The position numbers were made by a program, and so were the translations under genes. A DNA stretch of 64,000 nt from Lentisphaeria bacterium (GTDB lineage: Bacteria > Verrucomicrobiota > Lentisphaeria > Oligosphaerales > MVZH01). This document shows positions 37,711 through 47,676 of this stretch, one piece after another (within the stretch, counting starts at the first letter, position 1; every line of letters begins with the position of its first letter). A model generated the notes under the pieces. The model was not told the DNA's origin. It did not search any database and saw only the letters and a program-made list of their open reading frames with translations. The stretch covers positions 14,035 through 78,034 of the forward strand of contig JAVVEH010000016.1 in assembly GCA_032251435.1 (NCBI GenBank), read 5' to 3'.

Positions 37711-40700
37711 ATGCGCCCGATCTCATATTGTCTCGTCTTTTCATTTATTCTGAGCATGATCTGCACGGCGGCGACCGGCAATTCCGACGCTCTCGTCGGA
37801 AGCATCGACAGCGCCTATTACAAGGACTATCCGCTTTTCCACATGTATCCGGACGAGAAGGCCGCCCGGCAGACGCTGAAGCGGTTCGGCCCTGTCGGCA
37901 TCAGTCTGGATTTGCTGCAGCCCGCCTTCACCATGCGGATCACCGGGATCGACGAGGGGTCGCCGGCCGCCGCCACCGGCAAGTTGAAAGTGGGCCAGTA
38001 TATCGAAAGCGTCAATGGCCGGGTTCTGAAAGACGAGGATCCGCGGATCATCCTCGGCGATGTGATCACCGAGGCGGAAGCCGCCGACGGGATCGTCAAG
38101 CTGATGGTCAAGGACACGCCGGCCGCCGCCGCCGAGGCGGTGGTTGTCAGGATTCCCGTCCTGGGGGCCTACAGCGACACGTGGCCGATGAACTGCGAAA
38201 AATCCGATGCCATCGTCCGCAATTTCGCCGATTTTCTCGCCCGGGTCGACAAGCCGGGCTGGGGCGCGCCGCTGTTTCTCCTGTCGACCGGGGAGGAAAA
38301 AGACCTGGCTGTGGTGCGGCGCTGGTTCAGCGGCAAATTGCCCGGCGGGGTGCAGGGGTTTCCCTGGTCCATTGGCTACACGGGGCCGGCGGTCTGCGAA
38401 TATTACTTGCGCACCGGTGACGAATCCGTGTTGCCGGCGATCAAGGGGATGGCCGATTATCTGACGAAAACCATCTACAACGGCAGTTGGATGGGGCGCG
38501 GCGGAGCCAACTTCCAATACATGGCCGGCGGGCACATGAACGCGGCCGGGGTGCATTGTGTCACGTTTCTGCTGTTGGCCAAGGAATGCGGGGTGGATGT
38601 CGACGAGCACACGCTGCAAAGCTCTCTGAAGCATTTTTTCCGTTACGCCGGTCACTGGAATGTCTCTTACGGGGACGGCCTGCCGGAAGGCGGCGGTGTG
38701 GACAACGGTAAAAATGGCGGGCTGGCGTTCGCCATGGCCGCCGCGGCGTCACTCACTCCGGAAGGCGAGGCTTCCATCTACGCCAAAGCTCGGGACATCA
38801 GCGCCAACAAAAGTTTCTACACGACATCCTGGCTGTTCCACGGCCACACCGGCGGCGGGATTGGCGAACTCTGGCGCGGAGCGGCCATGGGGCTGCTGGC
38901 GGAGAAGCGCCCCGAGCCCTACCGGTCTTTCATGCGGGAGCGCCGCTGGATGTACGAACTGGCCCGCACACATGACGGCGCTTTCGGATGGTCGAGCACC
39001 TGGAATGTGAACTATGACACGACCGGCCACGATGGCGGGAGATCCTGGGGGAACTACATTCCGCTGGTCTACACCGTGCCGCGCAAGCAGTTGCGCATTT
39101 TCGGAGCGCCTCCAAGCGAGTATTCCACGTCCTACCAGCTCCCGAAACGGCCATGGGGAACGACCGCCGACGAGGCCTTCTACTCGCTGGAAGCCGGGGA
39201 ATACAAACCCGGGAAACGGCAGGATCTTTCGGAGGAGCGTATACCCAGTCATGCCGCTTGGCCGACACTCCGAAAACTGAAGAACCCGAAAATAACCGAT
39301 GATGAGCTGCTTATGTACGCCTGTCATCCGGACAGCACCGCCCGGGGGACGGCGGCGGGAAGCATCGCGGCCATGGGCCGGAGGAACCTGGCGATGGAGC
39401 TGCTCCGTTCCAAGGATCCGCGCGGCCGTTATGCCGGTCTGCGGGCTCTCGGCGGAAAAGTGGATGAGGAACAGATTCGCCTCGTGGGTGACATTATCAG
39501 CGATTCGGAAGAGTCCTGGTGGGTGGTCATGGAGGCGATGAACGCCATCAGCGCCGCCCCGGCGGAGAAAATCGCCCCCTATTACGAGAGCCTGGCCAAA
39601 TGGCTTGAACATGATGACTGGTGGTTGCGCTATTACGCATTGAAGGCTCTTACCCCTCTGGCGGTCAAGAAACCCTACTACAGCGAGATTCTGCCGGTGA
39701 TCAGCGATATGATCGCCACCAATCAACGGGCCGTGGCCCTGCAGCCGCTGGGGGGCATTGTGAACGGCCTCAAAAACGCTCCCGCGGATGTCCAGGCGTT
39801 CGCCCTGAACGCCCTCAGCAAGGCGTATCTGGCGTTTCCCACCGAACTCCATGCCCCAGGGGGGCAGGATTTGTCCGCCGGTGTTGATTACCTGCTGGCG
39901 AATATCGCCCGCAATCTGGCCAACGCTCCCGGCGGTTTCGACGCGCTCTACAAGGTTAGCCGGGAACGCTTCCCCAAGGAAATTCTGCCGCATAAAACGC
40001 TTTACATGGCGGCCGATTCCAGCGTGTTCGGCCCGGCCGTCCAAGAGGCGCTCAAACCCTTGGTCAAAGACTATCTGATTCCCCAATATATCGGTGCCTA
40101 CAACCATATCGCCACCAACAGCGATCTCTTGCTCAACGAAGCGAACAGCACCGCCCCGCTAGAGTGGAATTTCTATTACCGGGAACCCCGGATGAACGGC
40201 TTGGTCGACCTCTATAACCGCATCGGCATCCACGACTATGACTGGCATCTGTTCGGCCCTGATTTGATGGACATCGACTACCGCTACCATTCTTTTGATC
40301 CGAAGGAGGAGAAGATCTTCGGCGGCACACGCTACCGCGAGGTCACGTTTCCCGAGGGAATGGAGGACTGGTACAAGCCGGCGTTTGACACCGAGGCGGC
40401 GGGCTGGAAGACCGGGCGCGCGCCGTTTGGCCAAAAGGGCGGCAAGCTGGTCGGAGCCGGCGCTCCGTGCCGGTTCACCTTCTGCCGTTGCGGCGAGGCC
40501 ATGAACACGCTTTGGGAAAAGGAAGTTTTGCTCATGCGGACAAAGACAAAATTTCCGGCTTTCAAAGAGGGACACCGGTACCGTCTGGTCGTTGGCGGCA
40601 TGTCCCATGTCAATCGGGGCGAAGGCTTCCGGGTCTATGTCAACGGGAAGCTTTTGCTGGAACGCGACCGGGGGGTTGGCAAGCGCGAGGGGGCTAAGCC

Positions 40701-41289
40701 GGTGGGCTACTACTTGGACAAGGCCTGGTGGCCGGATTTTGAAGACGACGTGACGATCGCCGCGATCGGTTTCCTCCAGCACAATACCGGCAGCAGACAG
40801 ACCCAGCAGCATTTCAGCATCTTTCTCCAGGAGATGAAAAACCCGCCGATCACCGAGGAGATGATTCTCCGGGGCAAGCTGCTACAGCCCATGTTGTCCA
40901 GCGACTGGCAGGCCACGAAAGATGACCAGGACAAATTTCTCTACGACGGGGAATTCCGGGCCGACCCGCAAGCGACCGGGGACTGGGTGGCCATCGGCCA
41001 GGTCGGAAAAGTGGATGAATTTGACACGCCGGCGGCCGCTAAACCGCTTGACGAAACAGCGGCCCTGAAAACATTGTCGCTCAAGGCCGATGGCCGGACG
41101 GGCGACGAGCGCCTGCGCTGGTCCGGCGACACGCTGATGAATCTGAAGACCTACGAAGCTCTCAAAATGCGGGTTCAAACCATCGATGGCAAAGCCTATC
41201 TTCTGGTCGAGAGCGGGGGATTCAACAAAAAGCGTCCCGAAGACTGGACCTGCCCCTGGATTGTGATGGCCGCCGCGACTGCCGAATAG
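37711..41289 (+). CDS. Secreted DUF6288-like protein with HEAT-like repeats and C-terminal beta domains
   Basis: Signal peptide; FGPVGI...GSPAA..G.LKVG, LGAYSDTWPMNCEKS, EYYLRTGD, MNAAG and VSYGD. Confidence 0.8.
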   Translation: MRPISYCLVFSFILSMICTAATGNSDALVGSIDSAYYKDYPLFHMYPDEKAARQTLKRFGPVGISLDLLQPAFTMRITGIDEGSPAAATGKLKVGQYIESVNGRVLKDEDPRIILGDVITEAEAADGIVKLMVKDTPAAAAEAVVVRIPVLGAYSDTWPMNCEKSDAIVRNFADFLARVDKPGWGAPLFLLSTGEEKDLAVVRRWFSGKLPGGVQGFPWSIGYTGPAVCEYYLRTGDESVLPAIKGMADYLTKTIYNGSWMGRGGANFQYMAGGHMNAAGVHCVTFLLLAKECGVDVDEHTLQSSLKHFFRYAGHWNVSYGDGLPEGGGVDNGKNGGLAFAMAAAASLTPEGEASIYAKARDISANKSFYTTSWLFHGHTGGGIGELWRGAAMGLLAEKRPEPYRSFMRERRWMYELARTHDGAFGWSSTWNVNYDTTGHDGGRSWGNYIPLVYTVPRKQLRIFGAPPSEYSTSYQLPKRPWGTTADEAFYSLEAGEYKPGKRQDLSEERIPSHAAWPTLRKLKNPKITDDELLMYACHPDSTARGTAAGSIAAMGRRNLAMELLRSKDPRGRYAGLRALGGKVDEEQIRLVGDIISDSEESWWVVMEAMNAISAAPAEKIAPYYESLAKWLEHDDWWLRYYALKALTPLAVKKPYYSEILPVISDMIATNQRAVALQPLGGIVNGLKNAPADVQAFALNALSKAYLAFPTELHAPGGQDLSAGVDYLLANIARNLANAPGGFDALYKVSRERFPKEILPHKTLYMAADSSVFGPAVQEALKPLVKDYLIPQYIGAYNHIATNSDLLLNEANSTAPLEWNFYYREPRMNGLVDLYNRIGIHDYDWHLFGPDLMDIDYRYHSFDPKEEKIFGGTRYREVTFPEGMEDWYKPAFDTEAAGWKTGRAPFGQKGGKLVGAGAPCRFTFCRCGEAMNTLWEKEVLLMRTKTKFPAFKEGHRYRLVVGGMSHVNRGEGFRVYVNGKLLLERDRGVGKREGAKPVGYYLDKAWWPDFEDDVTIAAIGFLQHNTGSRQTQQHFSIFLQEMKNPPITEEMILRGKLLQPMLSSDWQATKDDQDKFLYDGEFRADPQATGDWVAIGQVGKVDEFDTPAAAKPLDETAALKTLSLKADGRTGDERLRWSGDTLMNLKTYEALKMRVQTIDGKAYLLVESGGFNKKRPEDWTCPWIVMAAATAE

Positions 41290-41398
41290 CGCCTTCGCTC
41301 CGGCCGACAGACAACGCGCCATTTATTGACGAATAGGATTTCACAAAAATCACTTTTGGGGAATGTCCCGCCTTAACCGTGAGCGGCTCTCAACGAAT

Positions 41399-42172
41399 TC
41401 AAAGCCAGCCCAATAGTTTGTAGCCGAGGATGCCCAAATATTCGTGCAGGACGGCGGACAGCCGGACAGTCGAGTGCCAGGATGGGTAACAGGTGAGGCT
41501 GGCTTTTTCCGGAACGGGTTCGGGAATCACGGTTAGTCCATACTTCCGCGCGGTCAGCACCGCCCGGGGGATATGGCTGGCGGAGGTGATTAAAACAATG
41601 TTTTGAGAGTTTAAATTTTTCGCCTCTAACAATTTCTTCCCGTTGATAATATTTTGCTGCGTGCTGAGCGCTTGATCTTCCAGCAGAACGCGGCTTCGGG
41701 GGATCCCGGAAGCTTCCAGATACGTCATCATCCAGCCGGTTTTATTCTGTCCCGCCAGCCCTCCGTCGGAAAAGAGAACATACGCGTCGGGGTGTTTGTA
41801 ATAGAGATCCACGCCGTGAGCGATCCTTGCCAAGGTGTAGGAACTGGGCATGCCGGTTTTATTTGAAATGCCTCCTCCCAGCACAAAGATCACCAGCGCC
41901 CCATCCCGTTCGTTTATTTCCGCGGCCGCCGCCAGCCGGTCGGCCCATGTCAACAAGGGCTTTTCAAGTAAAAACGCCGGGTAGGGAAAACTGCAAAAGA
42001 GCAGACAGCCGGAGAACGCGAGCGCCACATGGGTCGCCTTGAACCCCTTTCCAGTCTTTTTTTTCTTCACCCAGCGGGCGAGAAAATACAGTGTGGAGAA
42101 AAAAAGAGCGAAGCCCAAGGGGCCGGTCACCGCGCTTCTGATCCACAGGCCAATGATCCCGAATTTGAGCAT
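41399..42172 (-). CDS. YdcF/ElyC (DUF218) family membrane protein
   Basis: Two N-terminal TM segments; VLGGG, R...G, E..A.ST.QN, LITSASHIPRA and HEYLG motifs. Confidence 0.88.
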   Translation of the reverse strand: MLKFGIIGLWIRSAVTGPLGFALFFSTLYFLARWVKKKKTGKGFKATHVALAFSGCLLFCSFPYPAFLLEKPLLTWADRLAAAAEINERDGALVIFVLGGGISNKTGMPSSYTLARIAHGVDLYYKHPDAYVLFSDGGLAGQNKTGWMMTYLEASGIPRSRVLLEDQALSTQQNIINGKKLLEAKNLNSQNIVLITSASHIPRAVLTARKYGLTVIPEPVPEKASLTCYPSWHSTVRLSAVLHEYLGILGYKLLGWL

Positions 42173-42223
42173 GAAAACTGTGTCACCTTGTCATGGTTAT
42201 GGATTAATCAGAGGGGAGGGCGG

Positions 42224-43036
42224 TCATGCCAGGATGCCCCGCCGCACCGCCTCGTACAGGAGCATCGCCGCCGCCTGGGAGGCGTTCAGTGATTCAGCCT
42301 CTCCGGGCATGGGGATGGTGACGACCGGGGCGCCGGGAATATCGGTCACCCCATTGGCTTCGTTGCCAATGACCAACGCGTTGCCGGAAAGGTCAAAATC
42401 CGGAGAGCGGGACGAGATCCCCCCGGATGGTTTGCTTAACCACATCGTGGTGAAGCCGATATCCCGCAGGTCTTTTTTGAGCGCGGGTAAATCACCCCCG
42501 ATCGAAAGGGTCACGGCGAATTGGGCGCCCATGCCGGCGCGGATGGTTTTGGGGGCGAAGGGATCCACGCAGCCGTCGGTGAGCCAGATCCGGTTCAAGC
42601 CCGCCGCCCAGGCGGTGCGCAGGATGGTGCCCATGTTGCCGGGCTCCGTCACGCGGTCCAGCACCAGGGCGAAGGGAGGCGGGGGGGCTGCCGGTGACGG
42701 TTCACCGGGCTGGAAAAGGACTGAGACACCCTGTGGAGTGGCGGTTTGCGCGATTTTTTTAAAGTCGTTGTCGGAGAGCTGGACGACCCGCATGTGATTC
42801 GCCCGCGCTTGATTGAAAAACGTGTCTGTCTCCGGTCCGTTTAGGAATGTGTCGGTCACGGCCACGCAACGGACCCATGTCGGCCGTCTCGTAATCAGTT
42901 CACGCGCGCAACGCAACCCCTCACAGGTGGAAACACCGTGTTTGCGCCTGCCATGACGGCTGGCGGCCGCGGTCAGCAATTGCCGCTCGATTTTTGTCGG
43001 ATCAGGAAACATGGGTAACCTTGTTTTGAAACTCAT
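42224..43036 (-). CDS. TrmH/SpoU-family RNA 2'-O-methyltransferase
   Basis: PGNMGTILRTA, IGNEANGV and IPM.G.AESLNAS motifs. Confidence 0.92.
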   Translation of the reverse strand: MSFKTRLPMFPDPTKIERQLLTAAASRHGRRKHGVSTCEGLRCARELITRRPTWVRCVAVTDTFLNGPETDTFFNQARANHMRVVQLSDNDFKKIAQTATPQGVSVLFQPGEPSPAAPPPPFALVLDRVTEPGNMGTILRTAWAAGLNRIWLTDGCVDPFAPKTIRAGMGAQFAVTLSIGGDLPALKKDLRDIGFTTMWLSKPSGGISSRSPDFDLSGNALVIGNEANGVTDIPGAPVVTIPMPGEAESLNASQAAAMLLYEAVRRGILA

Positions 43037-43595
43037 TGACTATACCACCATCTTCACTAATTTAAATATCTGGACATCCACCTCCTCCTAAATCTTTACT
43101 TCTCATCCATGCGGCGGATCCTGGAGCGCATCCGTCCCGGACGCGCCTGCCCGCATTGCTTGAGGTCGCGCTCCAGCTGCGAGCGACCCGCCTGTAGCGC
43201 TTGCAGTTTGCACGACTTCACGCAAACAATGCGGACAGGTGTAGGCGGGTCCGTGTCAGTTGGCGAAAGTGCGATTGGCTGGTGGAACGCCTTTGATTGG
43301 CCAGTTGACCGGAACGTCTCGCCCATTACAAGGCAATCGATGGGCGACTTGATTTTTCCTTTTGGACAATTACGTTACGGCCTTTCATTAAGCGATTGAA
43401 CGCTTTTTTTGCTGTTGACTCTGGATTTCGCCAGTGGCTGGCAGCGTCGTGATGATCACGGCTTTTCTTTTCCACGTGTCCGGCGGGTAGAGATTTGTTC
43501 ACACGGTGACAGGTCATGGCTTTCAAGCCTGGGACGCTCACCTGTCGCGGGACTTCCTTAAGTTTCACGCGATGTAACCCCGGACCAGGAAAAAT

Positions 43596-44906
43596 ATGAA
43601 TACCAGCAATCATCCGTCTAAGAACGGGGGCGATCCCGTTTGTGAGAAAGCAGCCAAGCCCGCCGCCGGTGTCTTCAGTCTTCTTCTGCCTGAGCTTCAG
43701 AAAGCCGTGGCCCGTGAAGGTTACGACACGCCCACCCCGATTCAGGAACAAGCCATTCCTGTGCTTTTAAACGGCCGGGATCTCTTGGGCAGCGCTCAAA
43801 CCGGAACCGGTAAAACAGCCGCGTTCACGCTGCCCTTGCTCCAGCGTCTGGGAAAAAAAAGCTTTCGGGCTAAAAGTTGCCGACCCCAGGCTCTGATTCT
43901 CGCTCCCACCCGTGAGCTGGCCGCTCAAATCAGTGAAAGTATCAGCACGTATGGCCGATACTTGGATGTCCGGCACACGGTCATTTTTGGCGGTGTCAGC
44001 CAAGCCAGGCAAGTGAAAGCCTTGAAAGGCGGTGTCCATATTCTTGTGGCGACCCCCGGACGGTTGCTGGATTTGATGGGGCAGGGTTTTGTCCAGTTGG
44101 ACGCGGTTGAGGTGTTTATCCTTGACGAAGTGGACCGCATGCTGGATATGGGATTCCTGCCCGATATCAAACGGGTGTTAAGGCAGGTTCCCCAACAACG
44201 CCAGACCCTGTTTTTCTCCGCCACGCTGCCGCCGAAAATGGTGGAACTGGCCCGAACGATGGTTCACGATTCTGTCCGGGTGGACATCGCCCCGGACTCT
44301 CCCACAGTTGACCGCATCGCCCAGCGGGTGATGTTTGTCGGCAAAAATAACAAGGACGCCTTACTGGCGGACTTGCTGGCGGGTCAGCACGTGAATAAGA
44401 CCATTGTTTTCACCCAGATGAAACACGTGGCCAACCGGGTGGTTGAAAAATTGTCCCGGCATGGTGTTGATGGCGTGGCGATCCATGGCAACAAAAGCCA
44501 GGCCGCCCGCACCCGGGCTCTCGACGGCTTTAAAAGTGGGAAGTTTCAGGTTCTGGTCGCCACGGATGTGGCGGCGCGGGGCATTGACGTTGATGATATC
44601 ACCCATGTGATCAACTACGACTTACCCGTCGAAGCCGAAACCTACGTGCACCGCATTGGCCGGACGGCCCGGGCCGGCGCCAGCGGACAAGCTATCTCAT
44701 TTTGCAGCGCTGAGGAACGCGCGTATTTACGCGGTATTGAAAAAATGCTGGGAAAACCCGTGCCACCGGAATTTGAACACGCCTTTCACTGTGATGAGTC
44801 GTATCGTTCCCAATTACCCGCTCCGAGCAATTTCGGCCGTGGCAGCCGCGGTGGCGGCCGCGGCGGGCGGGCCACATCGCCCCGTTCAGGCGGCAAACGC
44901 CGGTAA
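43596..44906 (+). CDS. rhlE: DEAD-box ATP-dependent RNA helicase, RhlE-like
   Basis: Q motif, AQTGTGKT, PTRELA, TPGRLLD, DEVD, SAT, HGNKSQ, TDVAARGID and HRIGRTAR; RGG-rich tail. Confidence 0.9.
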   Translation: MNTSNHPSKNGGDPVCEKAAKPAAGVFSLLLPELQKAVAREGYDTPTPIQEQAIPVLLNGRDLLGSAQTGTGKTAAFTLPLLQRLGKKSFRAKSCRPQALILAPTRELAAQISESISTYGRYLDVRHTVIFGGVSQARQVKALKGGVHILVATPGRLLDLMGQGFVQLDAVEVFILDEVDRMLDMGFLPDIKRVLRQVPQQRQTLFFSATLPPKMVELARTMVHDSVRVDIAPDSPTVDRIAQRVMFVGKNNKDALLADLLAGQHVNKTIVFTQMKHVANRVVEKLSRHGVDGVAIHGNKSQAARTRALDGFKSGKFQVLVATDVAARGIDVDDITHVINYDLPVEAETYVHRIGRTARAGASGQAISFCSAEERAYLRGIEKMLGKPVPPEFEHAFHCDESYRSQLPAPSNFGRGSRGGGRGGRATSPRSGGKRR

Positions 44907-45177
44907 TTCAGACCGGTGTGACGCGCGGCGGGGGGCAAATTGATCCGGTGATTTCGGGGCGCGCGTGGTAAAAGCCGCGCCGCCTTCATCCCCAACCGGG
45001 CAATGATAATTTTATTTCCAAATGGCTTGAAAACATGGGGATTTACTACTACATTAGTGGAAATTTTTTTAAACTTGACGTGACGGGGCTTTCCAAACCA
45101 TGTCAGTGCGTGTCGCGGGTTTGCGGAGTATCGTTTGGACCATCTCACCTATTGAAATTCACCGAAGGAATGGATAG

Positions 45178-45378
45178 ATGCAGAGTAACACCTTAAAGAC
45201 ATGGCGCCAGCCTAAACTGATCATTATTAGTCAGGGGACACCCGAAGAGAATGTTCTGGCGGGGTGCAAAAGCAAAGCCAATCCGGGCGGCGTGACCCCC
45301 ACGGTTTCCCAATCAAATTGTAACAACTCGACCGGCAGTTGCGCGGCTTGCCAGAGCAACGCCAATAACGCCTCGTAG
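45178..45378 (+). CDS. Putative RiPP precursor peptide (66 aa, WxxPxL leader, Cys/Ser/Asn-rich core)
   Basis: RBS aagga upstream; WRQPKL..PEENVLAG leader; core with C30, C48, C55, C58 and a terminal Ser; directly upstream of the radical SAM/PqqD genes. Confidence 0.8.
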   Translation: MQSNTLKTWRQPKLIIISQGTPEENVLAGCKSKANPGGVTPTVSQSNCNNSTGSCAACQSNANNAS

Positions 45379-45428
45379 CCTGTCAAAAAGATGCTGACAC
45401 CCGGTTCCGCGCGCCGGGTTTGACGCAG

Positions 45429-45463
45429 AGCTTTCTCGACTTCCGTCTGGGAAGGCTTTTTTT
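45429..45463 (+). terminator. Terminator-like hairpin between precursor and maturase genes
   Basis: agctttctcgac-ttcc-gtctgggaaggct (imperfect stem) followed by a T-run. Confidence 0.55.
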
Positions 45464-45549
45464 GATCGTCTTTTTTCCCATGCGGTATCCAGTTTTCACT
45501 CTTGATGTCACCGTCAGGGATGTCGGAGGTCCGGGTAAACCGGGAATAC

Positions 45550-47568
45550 ATGTCTGACTCTTATTCACAGTATCGTTATTCCGGGTCGCTGTTGAGACTG
45601 CCGCGGTCGGGGTCGATCGATTTAACCTACCGGTGTGACAATAATTGTCTGCATTGCTGGCAACGTTTGCCGATCGGCGCGCCGATCCAGACGAAAGAAC
45701 TCTCTTTTGAGGCCATTCGTGGCATCGTGGATCAAGCCAGGCAGGCAGGCTGCAGCCATTGGTCCATCTCGGGCGGCGAGCCGATGCTCCGACCTGATTT
45801 CGCGGAGATATTCGATTACCTCACACGCCGGGCGGCGGGCTATAACTTGAACACCAATGGCACCCTGCTGACACCGGCTTTGGCTAAACTGCTGACCCGC
45901 AAAGGGGTCAAGATGGTGGCGGTATACGGCGCTGACGCGCGGACGCATGATCAGATCACCCGTTCACCGGGATCCTTTGAAGCGTGCATGCGGGGGATGG
46001 CCTACCTTCGGGAAGCCGGGGCGGGGTTTACGGTTCAACTGGTCCCGATGCGGGATAATTTTCACCAGTTGGACAAGATGATCGAATTGGCCAAACGCCT
46101 TAGTCCCGCCTATCGGCTGGGCGCGTCCTGGCTGTATCTTTCCGCGACACGGGATGCCGGAAAGAATGAGGAGATTCTTCGCCAGCGGCTTTCTCCCGCG
46201 GACGTGGTGGCGATGGATCCACCGCGGCCGGGATTAGGGGATTATACGGGAGGGGAGGGTGATCGGGTTTCGGCTGAGGGCTTTGGTGGCGGCTGCTGTC
46301 GAACGCGGACGGATGGGGGCGGGTTTTTGGATGAGTGTATCCTGCGGGGTCACCAATTCCACATCGACCCGTTCGGGTTCATGAGCTTGTGCTATTTCAT
46401 GAAGGATCCGTCCATGCGGTTTGACCTGAACACATACTCTTTTGATGAGATCTGGAACAAGCGCCTGCCCGCATGCGCCGCACATCATCCGGGGCAGGAT
46501 GAGTACGATGCCCGTTGCGGGGCATGTGACGATCGCGACGCCTGCGGCTGGTGTCCGGCTTATTCGTTTTTGGAGCGGGGGCGGTTGTCGGCGGACATAC
46601 CCTACTTGTGCGAGATGGCTAAGGAGACGCGCCGCCACAAGAAGGCGTGGATCAAAAATCATTATCAGCGATTCGCGATCGCCGGGATGACGGTTCACGT
46701 GGATTCCGATATTCCCTTGAAAAAGACCACCTTCGATAAGCGTTTTGAAACGTTCCGAACGGATCAGCCGGGTCAGGATCACCTGTATATCTCCCACCAC
46801 TTTTCACTGCCCGAGCTGGACATATTAAGCGACGCTCAACTGGTCTATGAGAGGCTGCCATGGGCTGTGTATCGCCTCGGCCGGTCATGGATCTATCTGG
46901 CGCTGGGAGCCAATCCGGATCATTCAAAAGCGTCCTGTGTCGCCATTTTTAATAATGACCACACCCATGTCAGAGTGCATCATCCGAACGAGGACCTGAT
47001 TCGGCGTGGCGGGTTGAGCGCCTTGACAGCGTTTCCGTCCGACCAGATCATGCTGGCCCGGGTTTTGGCTGACCGGGATGGCTGTTACCTGCACAGTTCA
47101 GGCTTAATCCTGAACGGTCAGGGGGTCTTGTTCGTGGGGGCGTCCGACGCGGGTAAGTCAACAATGGTCAAAATGCTCAAAGCTTATGGCACCCTGCTGA
47201 CTGATGACCGGAATATTGTGCGGCGCTGGCCGGATGGACATCGGGTTCATGGAACCTGGAGCCATGGGGAGGTGCCTTTGGTGTCCAACCGTGAAGTCCC
47301 GCTGCGGGCGATTCTGTTTCTAGAACAAGCCAAAGAGGATCAGATCACGCTGATCACGAACCGCAGACGCATTGTGCATGAGTTGCTGAATCGGGTGATC
47401 AAGCCCTTCTGCACCATCGATTGGTGGGAGAAGACGGCTGGCATATTGGCGGCTGTCGCCGCCGAGGTGCCCTGTCACCAGTTTCGTTTCACCAAGAACC
47501 CGGACGGGGTGCGCCGCGCTTTGGAAGGGCTGGTGGGACCGTTGAAACGTGAGGATGGCCGCCTTTGA
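45550..47568 (+). CDS. Radical SAM/SPASM enzyme fused to a C-terminal HPr-kinase-like domain
   Basis: CDNNCLHC, GGEP and TNGTL; SPASM CGACDDRDACGWCP..C; C-terminal LHSSG...GASDAGKST...TDD. Start chosen at ATG 45550 (ORF track 45502). Confidence 0.88.
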   Translation: MSDSYSQYRYSGSLLRLPRSGSIDLTYRCDNNCLHCWQRLPIGAPIQTKELSFEAIRGIVDQARQAGCSHWSISGGEPMLRPDFAEIFDYLTRRAAGYNLNTNGTLLTPALAKLLTRKGVKMVAVYGADARTHDQITRSPGSFEACMRGMAYLREAGAGFTVQLVPMRDNFHQLDKMIELAKRLSPAYRLGASWLYLSATRDAGKNEEILRQRLSPADVVAMDPPRPGLGDYTGGEGDRVSAEGFGGGCCRTRTDGGGFLDECILRGHQFHIDPFGFMSLCYFMKDPSMRFDLNTYSFDEIWNKRLPACAAHHPGQDEYDARCGACDDRDACGWCPAYSFLERGRLSADIPYLCEMAKETRRHKKAWIKNHYQRFAIAGMTVHVDSDIPLKKTTFDKRFETFRTDQPGQDHLYISHHFSLPELDILSDAQLVYERLPWAVYRLGRSWIYLALGANPDHSKASCVAIFNNDHTHVRVHHPNEDLIRRGGLSALTAFPSDQIMLARVLADRDGCYLHSSGLILNGQGVLFVGASDAGKSTMVKMLKAYGTLLTDDRNIVRRWPDGHRVHGTWSHGEVPLVSNREVPLRAILFLEQAKEDQITLITNRRRIVHELLNRVIKPFCTIDWWEKTAGILAAVAAEVPCHQFRFTKNPDGVRRALEGLVGPLKREDGRL

Positions 47569-47676
47569 AGTCAGCCCTACGGAGTAAGTCCTAGTTCAGA
47601 GTTCACCCTTTATTTTCAATAATCAGTAGTCAATAATCAGTAGTCAGCTATCAAGTTTTGGTCACTGTTTACTGAT

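Noticed and set aside
38749-40107. 452-aa minus-strand ORF (and the similar shadow ORF at 1922-3097)
   Set aside because: Both lie antisense to well-supported genes.
43096-43399. Small ORFs with Cys pairs between the methyltransferase and helicase genes
   Set aside because: The overlapping frames have no recognisable family or clear RBS, so I cannot support a call.
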